A stretch of 64,000 bases of DNA from Yuukianura sp. NJ FZ-2021. Its lineage: Eukaryota. The position numbers and the translations under genes are program-made. Below are positions 13,942-26,700 of the stretch, one piece after another; position 1 is the first letter of the stretch; each line of letters begins with the position of its first letter. The notes under the pieces were generated by a model that saw nothing but the letters and a program-made list of their open reading frames with translations, had not been told where the DNA came from and did not search any database. The DNA lies in contig CM102286.1 of the NCBI GenBank assembly GCA_046563655.1, forward strand, positions 4,030,001 through 4,094,000, written 5' to 3'.

Positions 13942-15228
13942 ATGGCTGATGTGGAGATGCAGAATCTGTCCAATCCGGCACAAGTACAACCTGGACAAGA
14001 ACAGGAAACGAATTCTAAAAAATATGAAGACTTCCATGACGGAATGTTCCTTTGGACCAAGGAGTTTAAAAATATGTACTTCTTGAAGATTCGATTCTTC
14101 ATCACTGCTTTGCTGTACACATCATACTTCCTAGTGTTCTTCATCCGGTGTAGCTCATGTTATGAAACAAAAGAAGGCATCATAACATTCTTCACCATGT
14201 TCGTCTACCTACTTCTGCGCTACTGGCATCTCAAATGTGAAGTCAACTACAAATGGTGTTCCTGTTGCACAAAAGGCTGCGGAACCTGTACATGTTCCAG
14301 AATGACTTCATTTATGCATATCCTTGTAACAGCCATTTTTTTGTGGATTGCTATGAGCGTGGCACGCCAGTTTGACTACGTGGAACCACCAATTGCTGGA
14401 TTCAAAACGTCATTTGAGTGTATTCGATACGAACAGTTCCTGCCTGCATTTATTCCTTGCAAGAATGTCTACGCATTTCCATTTTACTTGTTGGCGGTGG
14501 ACTTTCTGTTCAAAATGGTTCCAGCATCTTGGGATTTTAAAAGCGAGAGGGCATCTACATGCGGAAAAGTTCTGTCGTTCATCTTCAGCATCTTCTGTGT
14601 CTCAGCGTACGTCGGAATCATCTTCTGGATCATTTGGAACTGGATTTGGGACGATTACTACCTGGTCATAGTTACAGCAGCGCTACTTGCCACGCAGCTT
14701 TGGGGTTGCTATGCAACAGTAACTGGAAAATACTTGTTTGGCTACTGTTCTCTGGCTTTGACTTCAGTGCCTTTGCTTGCCATTACATCAATCGTTGCTC
14801 TGTCCTTTCATTACCAACAGAATTGCAAAGTTCCATTGGTCCATGAGGAATTCCTGTCTTCGCCGCCGCAATTTGGCTTTGCATTGGATTGGGAAATCTG
14901 GCTATTTGTTGCCACTGCTCAACTAATTCATGTCCTGCTGCTTGTGTTTGCTTCCTTACGACGATTAAAGAAGGAGGAGGTTAAGTGCCTCTTAAGGTGT
15001 TTCATGTGTTATTTTTTCCCGATTATTCTTGTGACTATTTGCGGCTACGTCGTAGCGGCCCAACCAATAGACCTATGCTGTAGAAAACGCCCCGAAAAAG
15101 TAAGAAGTGACAGAGAACTCTTGGAGAAACGGGTTAAAGAAGCAATGGATGCAAACAAACGGCGCGAACGAGAGGAAGACAGGCGAAAGGCATGTATAGA
15201 TGCACTGGCACGACAATCAGGACGTTAA
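13942..15228 (+). CDS. Intronless Cys-rich multipass membrane protein of unknown function, 428 aa
   Basis: 1287-nt ORF from a good-context ATG (aaacATGG) with about 9 hydrophobic segments, Cys clusters (CSCCTKGCGTCTC, DLCC) and a charged helical C-terminal tail; flanks are AT-rich. I recognise no family. Confidence 0.8.
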   Translation: MADVEMQNLSNPAQVQPGQEQETNSKKYEDFHDGMFLWTKEFKNMYFLKIRFFITALLYTSYFLVFFIRCSSCYETKEGIITFFTMFVYLLLRYWHLKCEVNYKWCSCCTKGCGTCTCSRMTSFMHILVTAIFLWIAMSVARQFDYVEPPIAGFKTSFECIRYEQFLPAFIPCKNVYAFPFYLLAVDFLFKMVPASWDFKSERASTCGKVLSFIFSIFCVSAYVGIIFWIIWNWIWDDYYLVIVTAALLATQLWGCYATVTGKYLFGYCSLALTSVPLLAITSIVALSFHYQQNCKVPLVHEEFLSSPPQFGFALDWEIWLFVATAQLIHVLLLVFASLRRLKKEEVKCLLRCFMCYFFPIILVTICGYVVAAQPIDLCCRKRPEKVRSDRELLEKRVKEAMDANKRREREEDRRKACIDALARQSGR

Positions 15229-15534
15229 ATGAGGATATTCCACTAATTATTGAAATATAAGTTAAATTGTTACTTCTGGTTAAAAAGTTACTTGTAAACT
15301 AAGACAAAAAATTTCTACACAAATTCACAGATTATACGAGTTAAAATAATACAAATATTCTCAACGTATAAATATTTTGATTCTTATTATTCAATTCAGG
15401 TGTATTTTTTTCCTATTTGACTTTCTCCGATTCAATTATCATTTATTAAGAATTTTAACATGTTGAAGCTAGGTGTTAAGCATTTCCGAATTATTGCACA
15501 AGCACCGCTAAAATGAGTAATGTATATTGTCAGA

Positions 15535-16138
15535 TTTTTGAGGTTCAGACCGAGATAGATTTGTGTTGAGAAGTATTGTCACAGCAATGTTGGATCATTT
15601 TAACAAAGAGACGCCGGAGCCCAGCAGGGTAGTTTGAAAAAGTACGCGAGTCCCTAGGAAATCGTCGATCATTGCTTTGAACAAAAGGAATAAGTTCTGT
15701 CTGTCGTGTATGAAATATTCCGTATCATGTACATGGGATCAGGCGGAGAAAGCGACCAAAGTCCCACAGTCCAAGTGTACTCATGTTCCAGGGTCGCAAT
15801 AAATCTTTCAACGGTGAAAATCTACCGTAGGTTTTCCTAGGCCTGGAGACCTCTTCCGGTTCAACTGAACATTTTGAAAATTGTCGACTTTTCTTTAGTT
15901 GCGGTGAAAAGCCAAAGCTGTTAGAAAGCAGCTTTGCAACGGCTCAACGTCATTCCAGCTAGAACATTCAGCTAGATTTTGCTGTCTTCAATATGACGGA
16001 TGCTTCTGCTCGATGACACAAAACCACTTTGTAATATTGTAGCATTGGTGACTTTGAGTTGACAACGACATAATCCGACTTTTGCTGTCACGTCTGACCG
16101 ATAGCGACAATAAAAATTACGAAAGACGTGATGGCCAT
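15535..16138 (-). pseudogene. Possible degraded gene for a secreted protein
   Basis: Exon 16138-16099, a 72-nt phase-1 GT-AG intron and sequence from 16026 give a signal-like MAITSFVIFIVAIVVLCHRAEA, followed by stops and apparent frameshifts. The downstream ~500 nt is GC-richer than its flanks and has only fragmentary frames. Confidence 0.25.
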
Positions 16139-19100
16139 GGTTTGTATTTTTCTACTTAAGTTGCAAATTGAAGTGAAATCAAGCAAAACTTCATTAAAGA
16201 TGCTGACTTCTGGAAATCTCAGAACTTTTCTGAACGTCTGCTTCACCGAATTCACAAATTGCTAAAATTAAGTAAGATTAATTGCTAAATGCCAGTAATT
16301 AAAATGACAAAGTAGAACAATGAAGCAAAGCGTGCCTTCAGAGAAAGCAAAATTTAATCAGAAAATGTAGCATTAAAAAATGTTCATCATATAAAAAAGG
16401 TTTTTTTTTAAATCTTCAATAAATTGAAACTTGTTTTGTATATTCAAGGAAAGTATAAAGCATTAAGCATGTACTCGGTTTGAATTAATTTTTTTTTAAA
16501 TAAATGGTCAAAATTGAAAATAAGATTAGTTTTGTGAAAATTTTAAAAATTCGCCGCAAGAATTGGTTAAGAACATTTCCACTGACTCCGTCGAGAAGTA
16601 AATTGTCCATGAATATTTAGCACTGTGTTCCTTGGGGAGACATTTATGGAATTACAGTCACTTGAAGACTCAACAATTTAAAGTTTTAATTTTATACAAT
16701 TTCTTCATCAAAGATCTTTGTTCATTCTCTCGCTTCTTCTGAAAAGGAAATGAGCATTAGAAGTCAAGGAAAGAGAAAGTTAGGCCGCAGAACAGGCTAC
16801 TAACATCGCCTTGGCTTTCTCTGGCGTCGAAAGTGGCTTCACTTTTTCGAAGTTCCCGCTTTCTGCTGCCAGGTTTCTCCAGGCTACCCGCCAAACTTAA
16901 AAAAGTCTTTTCCAAAATTAAATTAACTTCTTTTGGGCTGGGTTCTCCGTTCTTTTAAGCTCTAAGTTTCCTGTTCTGTCTCTTTTCCGTTCTGTAACTT
17001 CTATCCGTGCTTTCTCTTTTGGTCCTTTTTATATTTATTGAAGACGCAGAACTTTTATGGAACCAATTCATCTCTGTTATGTCCCAAGAAAAAGGCTGAT
17101 TAGGAAAGCTTAACGATTGCTGGCGCAAGCACCAACATATCCCCTACCACCAGTACCGTCAGCATCAGCACAAAAATAAGGGCACCAGTACTAACTTGGT
17201 CCAGTTGGACATGACCTTATAAACTATGCCTTTATAAGCTTCCCATCTCTGAGGTCTTATCCCTACTTCTTTTCCAAAAACTCGCGTCCAAAATTTTCGA
17301 AAAACAAAGTTTTACGAACCGAGGACGATGAAATGCTGCCAGCTCCGACCCAATTCCAAAGTTGTTCTTGGGGCTGACGACAGGAAGAAAACTGTGTAAG
17401 AAACATGAGGGGAAGAAGATATAGTGGTGCTGAAGAAGTTCAAAGTTTTTCATTTTCAATGATTTACTTTCTATTACTTTCCATGAAAAAATTTTACTTG
17501 CTTATGTCACAAAAGTTCCAGGTTACTGAAGATCTTACAAACTGAAACGCCTGTTCTGTCGACACCGCGTTTCCATGACTACGGCCTGAAGTAGGACGGT
17601 TGAGATGGTCTGACAGGCTTAAAAATGATTGATTCTGAAAATGTTCCCGCATCATAGCAGGCCTTCACTCTCAAGTGTCACAGAGTTCTACATTTCTGCA
17701 TCAGAAACGTGCGGGAACATTCTAAAACTTGAGAAAAAAAAATTCACCTGAAATTGGAGCTTTGTGATCATTAGAGCCGGGTTGTCTTCGGTTACGGATG
17801 AAAAATGAACCCGGGTTCAATCATTTCCTAACAATTTAACCCGATTTCGTTTGAACAAAACTTTTCAAAAGTTTTGAAATCATTAAAACCGTAATGTTAA
17901 ACCTGTTCCAAGCGGCAGACCCACAGTAATAAATGGGAAAATTTTAAACCCTAAATACTAAAGTTCAATGGTTTCAAAATCGTAGCAAAAGAAAATTGAC
18001 CTAACTAGTTAATTGGAGCTAGATGCTAGAGTTAACTCTGCTGAATTCTGTTTTCAGTAACTTTCGATGAAACACCATAAATCACGTACAGACATACGGA
18101 CATCTGGTACTGCATTTTTGTAATAAATAGTTTCACTGTTTAATAACAAAAAGAAAGTTTTTTCTTGGTTTCTTCTTCTAGTGAAAAATAATTGAAGATA
18201 GGCGGTAATCCTAACTTAAGCTGGTGACCAAGAGGAAGTACTTTCTGTGAAGAAAGTTGTGAAAGTTTCTTAGAATCCAAGAAGAATGAAATCGTTATTT
18301 TGGGCTTAGGAAGCTAAGAACTTTTGGCCTATGACAAAGAAACCCTCCGCTTCGTTGCCAAAAGTATTTCATCATTCCAACAAATATAATAAAAATTTAA
18401 TCCCTATTCTTCTATTGTCTGGCTAGCAAAAAAAAAAGAGGATTCAAAAAAGTACTTTTTAAGATTTATTGCAATTTTAAAACAGGAATTACAATCCAAA
18501 TCCAAGTGTTGAAATGTTCAGAGATGCTTAAGATTTCTACATTCTTTTTAGTCATTTCTGAAACTTTTTAATCAAAAAATGTAAGGCGACCAAAGATTGG
18601 CTATTGTACATCTGCAACAATTTAATTTTCGTGTAAAAAAAATGTTGGATGTTTCAGCGGTTTTGTGACTTTCAAACTTTTTTGCCCAATGCTTTTGATG
18701 GAGGTGACTTCAAGTAACGAAGGCAGTAAAGTAACACAAGGAAATGCATGGTGCCATGAACTTGAAGAAAAGATAGTTTTCCCTCAAGGAAAAGTTTGAC
18801 AAGACAAAATTTTCTTGGTGTCTTTCTGGCACGATCCTAAACGAAGTGTACCAAAAGTAATAGGAGGACTATGCCACAGCTCGAATTGGATAAAAACGGG
18901 ACGGAAAAAAAGTAAAAGTGAAACAGGAAAACGAAAAAATTTTGTCGTAAAGTTATCCTTTGCTTTCATTTTGTAACTCTGTGGTTACAAAGTGAATCTA
19001 CAGTAACATGGAGAACACTCAAAATTCTTCAGCTCAAATTTTCGCTGTTGTTCTCAATTCCAATTTTTTATTTGTACTTACCTTCTAACCTTAAATAATT

Positions 19101-19341
19101 TAGCGACTTTCCATGAAAACTTAGAGTTGTGAAACTTTAAACAAGGGAAGTTTTAAACATAAAAAAGGCGGACTGCAATTTTTTTTTCAAAATTAATTTA
19201 GAGAATTAATTTAATCGCATAATGTCTGAATGTTCTGTATTTCACAAGACTGTCGCCAGCTTAACAAATGAACCGGAATCATGAAGTTAGATGGATAGAT
19301 ATGGGAAAGGGGTGCTGAAAGACAAGGGATCGATATCATTG

Positions 19342-19525
19342 TAATAGAAACGCCAATTCCGTCACACGCCATTTGTTACGGTGTTTCTTATGGTGGAGGA
19401 CGGGATAAACTTTGACTTTCTACACTTTCTCTTCCCGCGCAAAAAGAAACTTTTGATTTTCAGTTTCATTCAAAAGTTCCCACAAGAAGGAACCGCACCC
19501 TCCCACTTTCTCACTCCTGACTTTT
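19342..19525 (+). repeat. Interspersed repeat family A, copy 1
   Basis: taatagaaacgccaatt..cacac.ccatttgt.ac..ggataaactttgac..aaacttt..aaggaac..ctcact..tgacttt is colinear with 39056-39270. Confidence 0.8.
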
Positions 19526-20652
19526 ACGTATTCCAAAGAAAATTGAAAAAAAAAGTTTTGTACAATAAAGTAGACGTATTTGTGTGCATTTGAGATTCGT
19601 GTAAGGAGATTGGACTTTAGAAAAGAAACTTGAAACATCAAATTTAGAATGGACTATGAAATGATTTTGAATTGAATTATTCTGGAGAAACTTCTCATGT
19701 AAAAATTGAGTTTCATGTTTGAAACGGCATTGTGCCTTAGGATTTACCTTTACCATAGGTTCTTTTCATCCCATTATCATATTTCAGCTTAGTACACAAA
19801 CACAAAGAAAATTTAACACCTTTAAACAAAAGGCTCAAGAGGATGAACCGGATTTGTGAAGATTAGGAAATGTTCGCAAATGTAACACTAAAAATAAGTC
19901 AACACAATGTAGTCAACATACCAATTTCGCACTTAGATACAACAAGAAGATAGGTTTAGCATTCGCGAGTGTGTAAGTGCGATCATTACTCATATTTGTA
20001 TCAAATATTTTTTCTAGTATTTTTCGAGTTTCAAGAAATCTTTCAAATCTTTCACTTTTTGTCCATAATTGTCATAAGTTTTCGTGTTACTGTTCTCTCT
20101 TGAATTTTGATCATTTGGCTCTTTACACATTTGTTTAAATGCAGTCGACCAAATTGCATATAGAAAGCGTCACTGAGGGTGCTGTGTGCTAACTTCTTTT
20201 ACTTTTCCGGAACATGAATCTGCACAGAAGAGTAGCAGAAAATGAAGCTGTTGTGTTCTGCTTTGGCGAAGAAGGAAGAATTATGTCTACTTAACAATAC
20301 ATTACGAGAAGCTGTTTCCTCCAGAACCAGAAGAAGCTGCTGTCTTCCTGCCTTAAACCCCGTTCATTTTCTATAGTTACTCAAAATGGGCTTTGACTGG
20401 AGCATTCTTAAGCCCACTCCATTTCATGGTTACTTAGATTTTTGAAAAAAATTTTCAAACCCGCTTTTGATAATTTACTTGTTTGTTTGAATTCAGAACT
20501 TATTTTTTGCCGCTAGGTGGATACTTTATGTTATGGTGTGTATAAATGAACTTATTCGATGGCTACAATAGGTGGGTATCACGACAGCGGGTATCACGAA
20601 AAAAATTTGAACGGGTGGGTACAGGCTGGCCACCCAAGTTTAATTCAACCCA

Positions 20653-21700
20653 AAATTTTTATTTGCACGTTCGAAACTAACTCTAACCTTTGTGAAATAC
20701 TTATTCAAAAATATTTGCGTTGGATTACACGATTACTAGTTTAGCAACACTTTCGTTTGTTCTAATTTTCATTTCGCCAATTAGCACAAGCATGAATATA
20801 AGTTTTTATATAAAATGCAGTGTTTCGTTGAAGTAATAAAATGATTTTGAATTTTCCGCTACGTATTTCGTTTGTTCTTTGACGAAATAAACATGAAGGT
20901 AGGACTGAACCTCTAAACACTGAAGCTTTCACTGCCTCGTAAAAATCGGCTACATTGGCAAAAGTGGATTATTGGTATTCCTGTCACAAGTCGTTCTGCA
21001 CTTAGGTTTTCCCTCTCTTCGAATCCAGCTACCTGAACAAAATTTTGGTAGGAAGAAACCTAGTACCAAGATTTTCTGATGAAACATTTAGATTCACGTC
21101 TTGTAACAAATTTACTATTGAACTACACAAGACCTGAGAAGAGATGTATCCAGTGACAGATCATGTCCAGGGTATGTCGGATGTAAGCTTTGTACCTCAG
21201 AGCTATTTTCTTCTGTTTCTAGGTTTATGGACACTTTCAGTTTGTTTCGATATTTCTCTAGAGATTACAAACCAAGATCAGAAACTAGTTTCAGCAGAAA
21301 AAAAAGGAAAACGATTTGACAGATGATGCTATTTGTGAGACTTTCAGTTTTCCGAAACTGAATTCTTCGTAATTGTCAGTTTTGACCTTAGTTTTCACAA
21401 GGATTTGTGCTGGTTTGTGTTTTGAAACGACATGCCATCACCATAAAATCCAACGGTTTCCAAACGGTTATAGTAAATCTGAGATTCTTTGAAAGTGGAC
21501 TGCAATTTCTTGAGCTAAAAGCGTCGTCTCGACCGCCGTTTTCGTATACTCTAAAGACATACGAACGCGAAATTTTTATTTGCACGTTCAAAATCATTTT
21601 TCGAAATGCTTATTCAAAAATATTTGCACGGCTATAACAATTTAGCGACATTTGCTTTTGTTCTGACTTTCATTCTAGTGCATTTTAGTACATGACTAAA
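20653..21700 (+). repeat. Pair of diverged ~130-150 bp direct repeats (20653-~20800 and 21570-~21700)
   Basis: Both contain aaatttttatttgcacgttc..aaat.cttattcaaaaatatttgc..tttagc.aca..tttgttct.a.tttcatt. Confidence 0.8.
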
Positions 21701-23072
21701 GCATCAGACATGTTCATAATAATTACTGCTGAAGTTGTATCAAATCGCTTGTAACTAGTTTCCGTAACCCGTAAAATTGTACAACAAAAATAAGTTCAGA
21801 GGCTAGGCGTTGCAATTTCTGGAAATTTTCAAAGATTTTTAGGAAATCTAAGTTTAAAATCGACGTTTTATGGTTAAAGCTGTGCTGCTGAGTTTTAACT
21901 TTCTCCAGAATGCTTCAATTAAACTCTGCTTTGTACCCACAGGCGGAGAAAGTATTTACAAAGATTTACCAGCCGACTTAACAGCAAAACTTTTCTTGAG
22001 TTGAACTAGTTGAATTAAAAGTTTCAAAAGTTCAAACGTAATGGCTTTTGTTGTGCACAAACACTCTCAGTTTTAGTTTCATTTGGTCTGCAAAACTTAG
22101 TTCAACTTTAAAACAATAAACCACTGCCCTCTGTGTTGAAATTTGAAAATTTTAGCGGCTGTTACATTTTGCTTAGAATTATGCATGTTCGCATGTAGGA
22201 ATCACAACTTATTGGAGTTTGACAACAAATTCATTTGCTTCTCTAGAACAGATAACAACCATTTTTTCAACTAAGAACGAAGGTAAATGAAGTGGAACGG
22301 AAGAAGATCCGTTCCAGGAGATTTCTTTAAGTCTCAAGTTTGTGTAAAAAATTTTTAGTTTGAGTGCCTTTAGGAACGGTGTAGTAAGAAGAGTTGCTAA
22401 CAATTTATTCAGAACTTGAGAAAGCAGTTCTGCTGAACTTTCTGCTCGTAAGTCTTCCTTTTGACTCTGAACTAAAGCAATCCCTTGGGAAAATGAAAAG
22501 CTGACACCAACAGTTTCCACCGATATGACCAGACAGTCGCATCTCATCTGTTGAGGGGGATCTTAGCAACATGGTTTCTATCTGTCCAAATTCTCAATGT
22601 TTTTGGCATAAACCAAGAAATCTGCGAAGAACACAATTTTAAAAATGTTAAGGCAAATAAACTAAAACGTGGAAAAAAAATAAAAGAAAAATTTTGCCAT
22701 AAAATTACGCTATGCTGGTAGTATACAGGCCCTATTTTAACTTTATAAAAGTAGTTTCCGCTATTGCAAAAGAAGTGAAGCACATTGAAATAATTTAGCG
22801 TGAATTCCCTTTTTTTCTCTCAATTTTGAAATTACCAAAATTAATTTCAAATATAGCATTGACGGTTTAAAAAATCATGCCAGAGCCGGGCTCCGATACA
22901 AAAGAAAGGCGTTTCCTTAAGGTTTTACCAACTAGACGAATTTGGCAAACACGATTTAATAGACGAAAGTATTCTAATGTATTTTCAGACGCTCGTTTTA
23001 GTGGAATTCCAGACGAGGCGTAGCTGCCTAGCTTGAGTAGTTTTAGCGATTAGTTGAAACAGTACATTCAAA

Positions 23073-24443
23073 ATGTTGTCTGAAACATCTACGAAATATA
23101 TTTTGAAAACGTTCGATGCTGGATACTACTGGAAGGTCTACACCTTCAGCATTATATTAACGAAAACAGGCTACGTTGCAGTAAACACCCGAACCTTAGT
23201 CCGTAAGGTTTTTACTTTAGCATGTTTATGTATAAACGTAGGGCTCATTGGAGTATACTTCTACGGTGGAGCTCTATTACTGAAAACAGAAGGAATACAT
23301 CCAATACTTGTCGTAGTGGCGGGATTCATTGGATTGACGCTCTTGTTCATTGGCTTACAACTTTGGTACCTTCTGTACATGGACGATATATTTTACATAG
23401 TGTCAACATTTCTTCGATTTCACATCAAACTACGTAATTTCGAGAAACTTTAAATCAAATTCCGATTTATGCTAACATTTCAAACTTGAATGTTTTGAAT
23501 TTTTTTATACATAGGAAAACTTTACCGAGAACCAATACATTCCAAAGGACCCGATGGATATGAAAACGTCTCGAAATTTTCGAATTTAGCTTTAGCGTAT
23601 GCACGCGTGCTGGTGACTCCAGTGATACTAGGATGTTTCGTGGTTATCAAGAGCGATATCAGTGAGCTTGCTTACAAAACCATTGAAAGTATTCTGGAAG
23701 TTGTTTTTGCAACAACTTTGCCTCCATTGATGGTCTACCCTGCATTGGTAGCTGGAACTGTTCTGGGTTGTTTGGCTGCAATCAACGGTTCATTTGCTGT
23801 TTCTATGTTCATCAACTGCGCTCTAGTTTACGTGAACGCAACACGTTTATGGCTACGAAAGTTATGGTATGTTTTATATATTGCAATAGCTTATAATTGC
23901 AACATGTTATAATATGTGTGATCATGTTCGTATTACTTACATGATACATGATATGCATATACCTATTTTTTTAGCATTGATAATGAGAACACTGAAACCA
24001 TAAGCGAACAAAATGGAAATATTTATGCATGCCATCAAGTCATGAACGCCATGACCAATGAAATGTTTGCCGGAGTCGTAGAACTTGCTATGTACGTTTC
24101 AGAATGTGTTGTCGTAGCTTTTATGGTCTGTTGTTTCAAATTCTATGCTGCTAAGTATATCATCTTAACACAGCAGCTTATCGCTATTGGATTCATTATT
24201 GCGTATGTCCTGAAGGGATTGATGCGCATGGCTATACTTTGCCACACTACATCTACAAATTGTATTAGAATTAGCAAAAGTTTATGCAGAACCAGCAGCT
24301 ACAGTGGCAAATTTTGGAACTCCAGAAGGCCGATCAGTCTACATGTCGGGACGCACTTTATTTTGGACACCAACGAGTACATCCTCAACGTATTCGGAAG
24401 AATAATTTTGGAAAATTTTATCCTCATCGTTCTAGCATTTTAG
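23073..24443 (+). CDS. Divergent chemoreceptor-like multipass protein (GR/OR superfamily), 393 aa
   Basis: Exons 23073-23433, 23515-23866, 23975-24443 (1182 nt; intron phases 1 and 2). About 7 hydrophobic segments; C-terminus RPISLHVGTHFILD..ILNVFGRIILENFILIVLAF fits the GR/OR TM7 region. Confidence 0.75.
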
Positions 24444-25157
24444 TGTTCTGATTTAAGTAAAATGTTAAGTAAAATGCATCGTTAAACAAAAAAAATTTGT
24501 ATCGTTAAATTTTTTGCAAAGATAAGTTAAAACTCGAATTCTTTTTAGTTGTAAAGAAAGTTTGTCGTTGTATTTTGAGAAGAAAGTCTCTACCTATGTT
24601 GTCGATATTGCAGAAAAATTGAAAGAAAAATTGAAGCAGGATTTTGGAATTGTGCCAAAATAAAAAGTTTGAGAGCAGGGACACATCAAAGTGTTAAATG
24701 GTGTCAACATATTCCAAGGGCCTTCAAAATGTTACACCCAGAACTATTACTCTTCTTGTGTGGAAATGATCAAAATTTGGCAGATCTCCGACTTTTCATC
24801 GATCATTGAACAAGGTTCTTAGTAAAGGCGGTGTTGATTTCATATGGAATATTTTCGGTATGTACTATTCCATAAAATATTTCTTAGATATATATTTGTC
24901 CTAGGACTTGCGGATACAAATCTTTACTTTCCTTAGAATCTCACGTAGCTGTAATAAAGCTATTATTGCTTTGCAGGACTTCGAGATCAATCGAGTAGAA
25001 GACGGGCGACAAGAATCTCAACATCTACCATGCAAGAATACTTCATTTTTTTTGCTATTCCAATCTTTTTGCTTTCTAAAATTTGCAAAACGTGGGTTGT
25101 CCACCACAGCTTCTCACAAAGAGCCTTGTGTACCCGCTGCAGTAGTAACAAAACACT

Positions 25158-25245
25158 TTCATTTTATTTTAACATTTCATTTCTTCATTTTCATTTTATT
25201 TAATTTAATTTCATTTCATTTAACAACATTTAGTATTTAATTTTA
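25158..25245 (+). repeat. Degenerate (TTTCA/TTTTA)n simple repeat
   Basis: tttcattttattttaacatttcatttcttcattttcattttattaatttaatttcatttcattt. Confidence 0.6.
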
Positions 25246-25253
25246 ACAGTTTT

Positions 25254-25463
25254 AAAGCCTCCCGCGCTCTACCCAAAAAAGTTTAAAGTTGATTTTCCCG
25301 CCAAAACTGAAGTTACTCAAAGTAAATCGTATTGGACCCTTAAATCTTGTACTCCCAATGAGAGCAAGATAAGTGAGTCTAGAGTGAAAGCAAAAGCAGA
25401 TGGGACGATGGGTGCAGCGGAATAATCAAAACTTCCAGAATCAACATTCTAATCATCAGTCTT
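25254..25463 (+). repeat. Interspersed repeat family B, copy 1
   Basis: aaagcct..ttgattttcccgcc..aactgaa..ttactcaaagt..agtga.tctagagtgaaag.aaaa..aataatcaa...tccaga..taatcat.agtct is colinear with 34750-34938. Confidence 0.8.
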
Positions 25464-26700
25464 CATTAAATGTTTGCAGTGAATAGATGAATTTTTTGCA
25501 AAATACGCTTGGGAAAAGTTGTGGCTGGAGCTACAGGGACACTGGAAGTGGCAGTGGCTTGATCAATTCGAAATTCCTACCAACTACTTTAGTTTAAAAG
25601 TTATTTCATGAAGGGTTTTCGAGATGCATTTGACATTAAATAACTTTCTCTTTCCTAATGTTTCTAAAGTAGAGTTTGACAAAATGGGGCCAAAGTGGTT
25701 GTGGAAGTTGGGAATGCGTTTGGGTAACGCTTTGCCATGAATTCCAACGAAAGTTTCAGAGACAATGTGACCGGAATTGAGCAGGACATCCAGCACATGA
25801 CTTCCATTCCTTTTAAATGACTCGGGAAATGATGAAATTAGAGTTTGCAGAAACTCATTTCTAGGAAAGCTTAAGTCGTTAGGGAATGAACGAGGTCAAA
25901 AATGAGGTTTTGTGACAATTATCTCCGGAGTTCACTGCGGAAACCCTAAAACTGCTTAGTTAGAAACAAAATTTTGTTCTTTTTAGGTCAATCTGAATTC
26001 CTAAACCTAAAAATTGTACTGGAATTTTTTTCTAGCACAAAGGTAGAACCAATCCGGAAAAATTTACAATCAAAACAATTTTTAAAACACCTTTTTTAAA
26101 CTCTAAATATTTTATACACGTTAAGAGTAGGCTTCAAGGACATTACTTGCCAATCAAAAAAAAAGCCTTCCATGTAGTTCCAATTGACTTGAATTGTTAA
26201 TACAATTTTTAATCTTTAATTAAGATTAGCAACGGGAGCAGTAAATTAGAATCATAGACGGCAAGGTGATTTAGAGTTAATCAAGACCCCATAAATTCCT
26301 ATCCTCTTTTACGCGTTCCTTTCCAAAACAGAGCTTAATTTTTTAATGTTTTTGATTTTTTTTTGAAACCGTGATGACATATATACGCTTTCGTTTTTTA
26401 TATTTTCGCCTTGAGCGTTAATAAACGATTTAAAAATACGTTTGCTTGCGCCTTTAATTCATCACCTTCACGTGTTTAATTTTCTACCACGCACTCAGAA
26501 TTATTGAGTTCCATAAAAACCGTGAAATGCATAAATTTAATCACCTCATTTTCACCTCCAGTTCGAGTTTCATTAAAAACTTTGAATTTTTAATTTTAAA
26601 AAGGCTTTTTTTGATACATATAAGTCCAGCATTGTTTGAGGACGCGTTTTGATTCGTTTCCAGAAGGCTTGCTAAAATTGCTGCTATTTAATCCCTTAGA

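Noticed and set aside
13623..14144. 173-aa antisense ORF, and similar shadow ORFs over FAN1, DLD and the 44-46 kb gene
   Set aside because: They overlap better-supported genes on the opposite strand or in another frame and show no protein-like features.
15960..15975. In-frame TGA after a signal peptide as possible selenocysteine
   Set aside because: A TAG follows two codons later, there is no CxxU-type redox motif, and I recognise no SECIS element.
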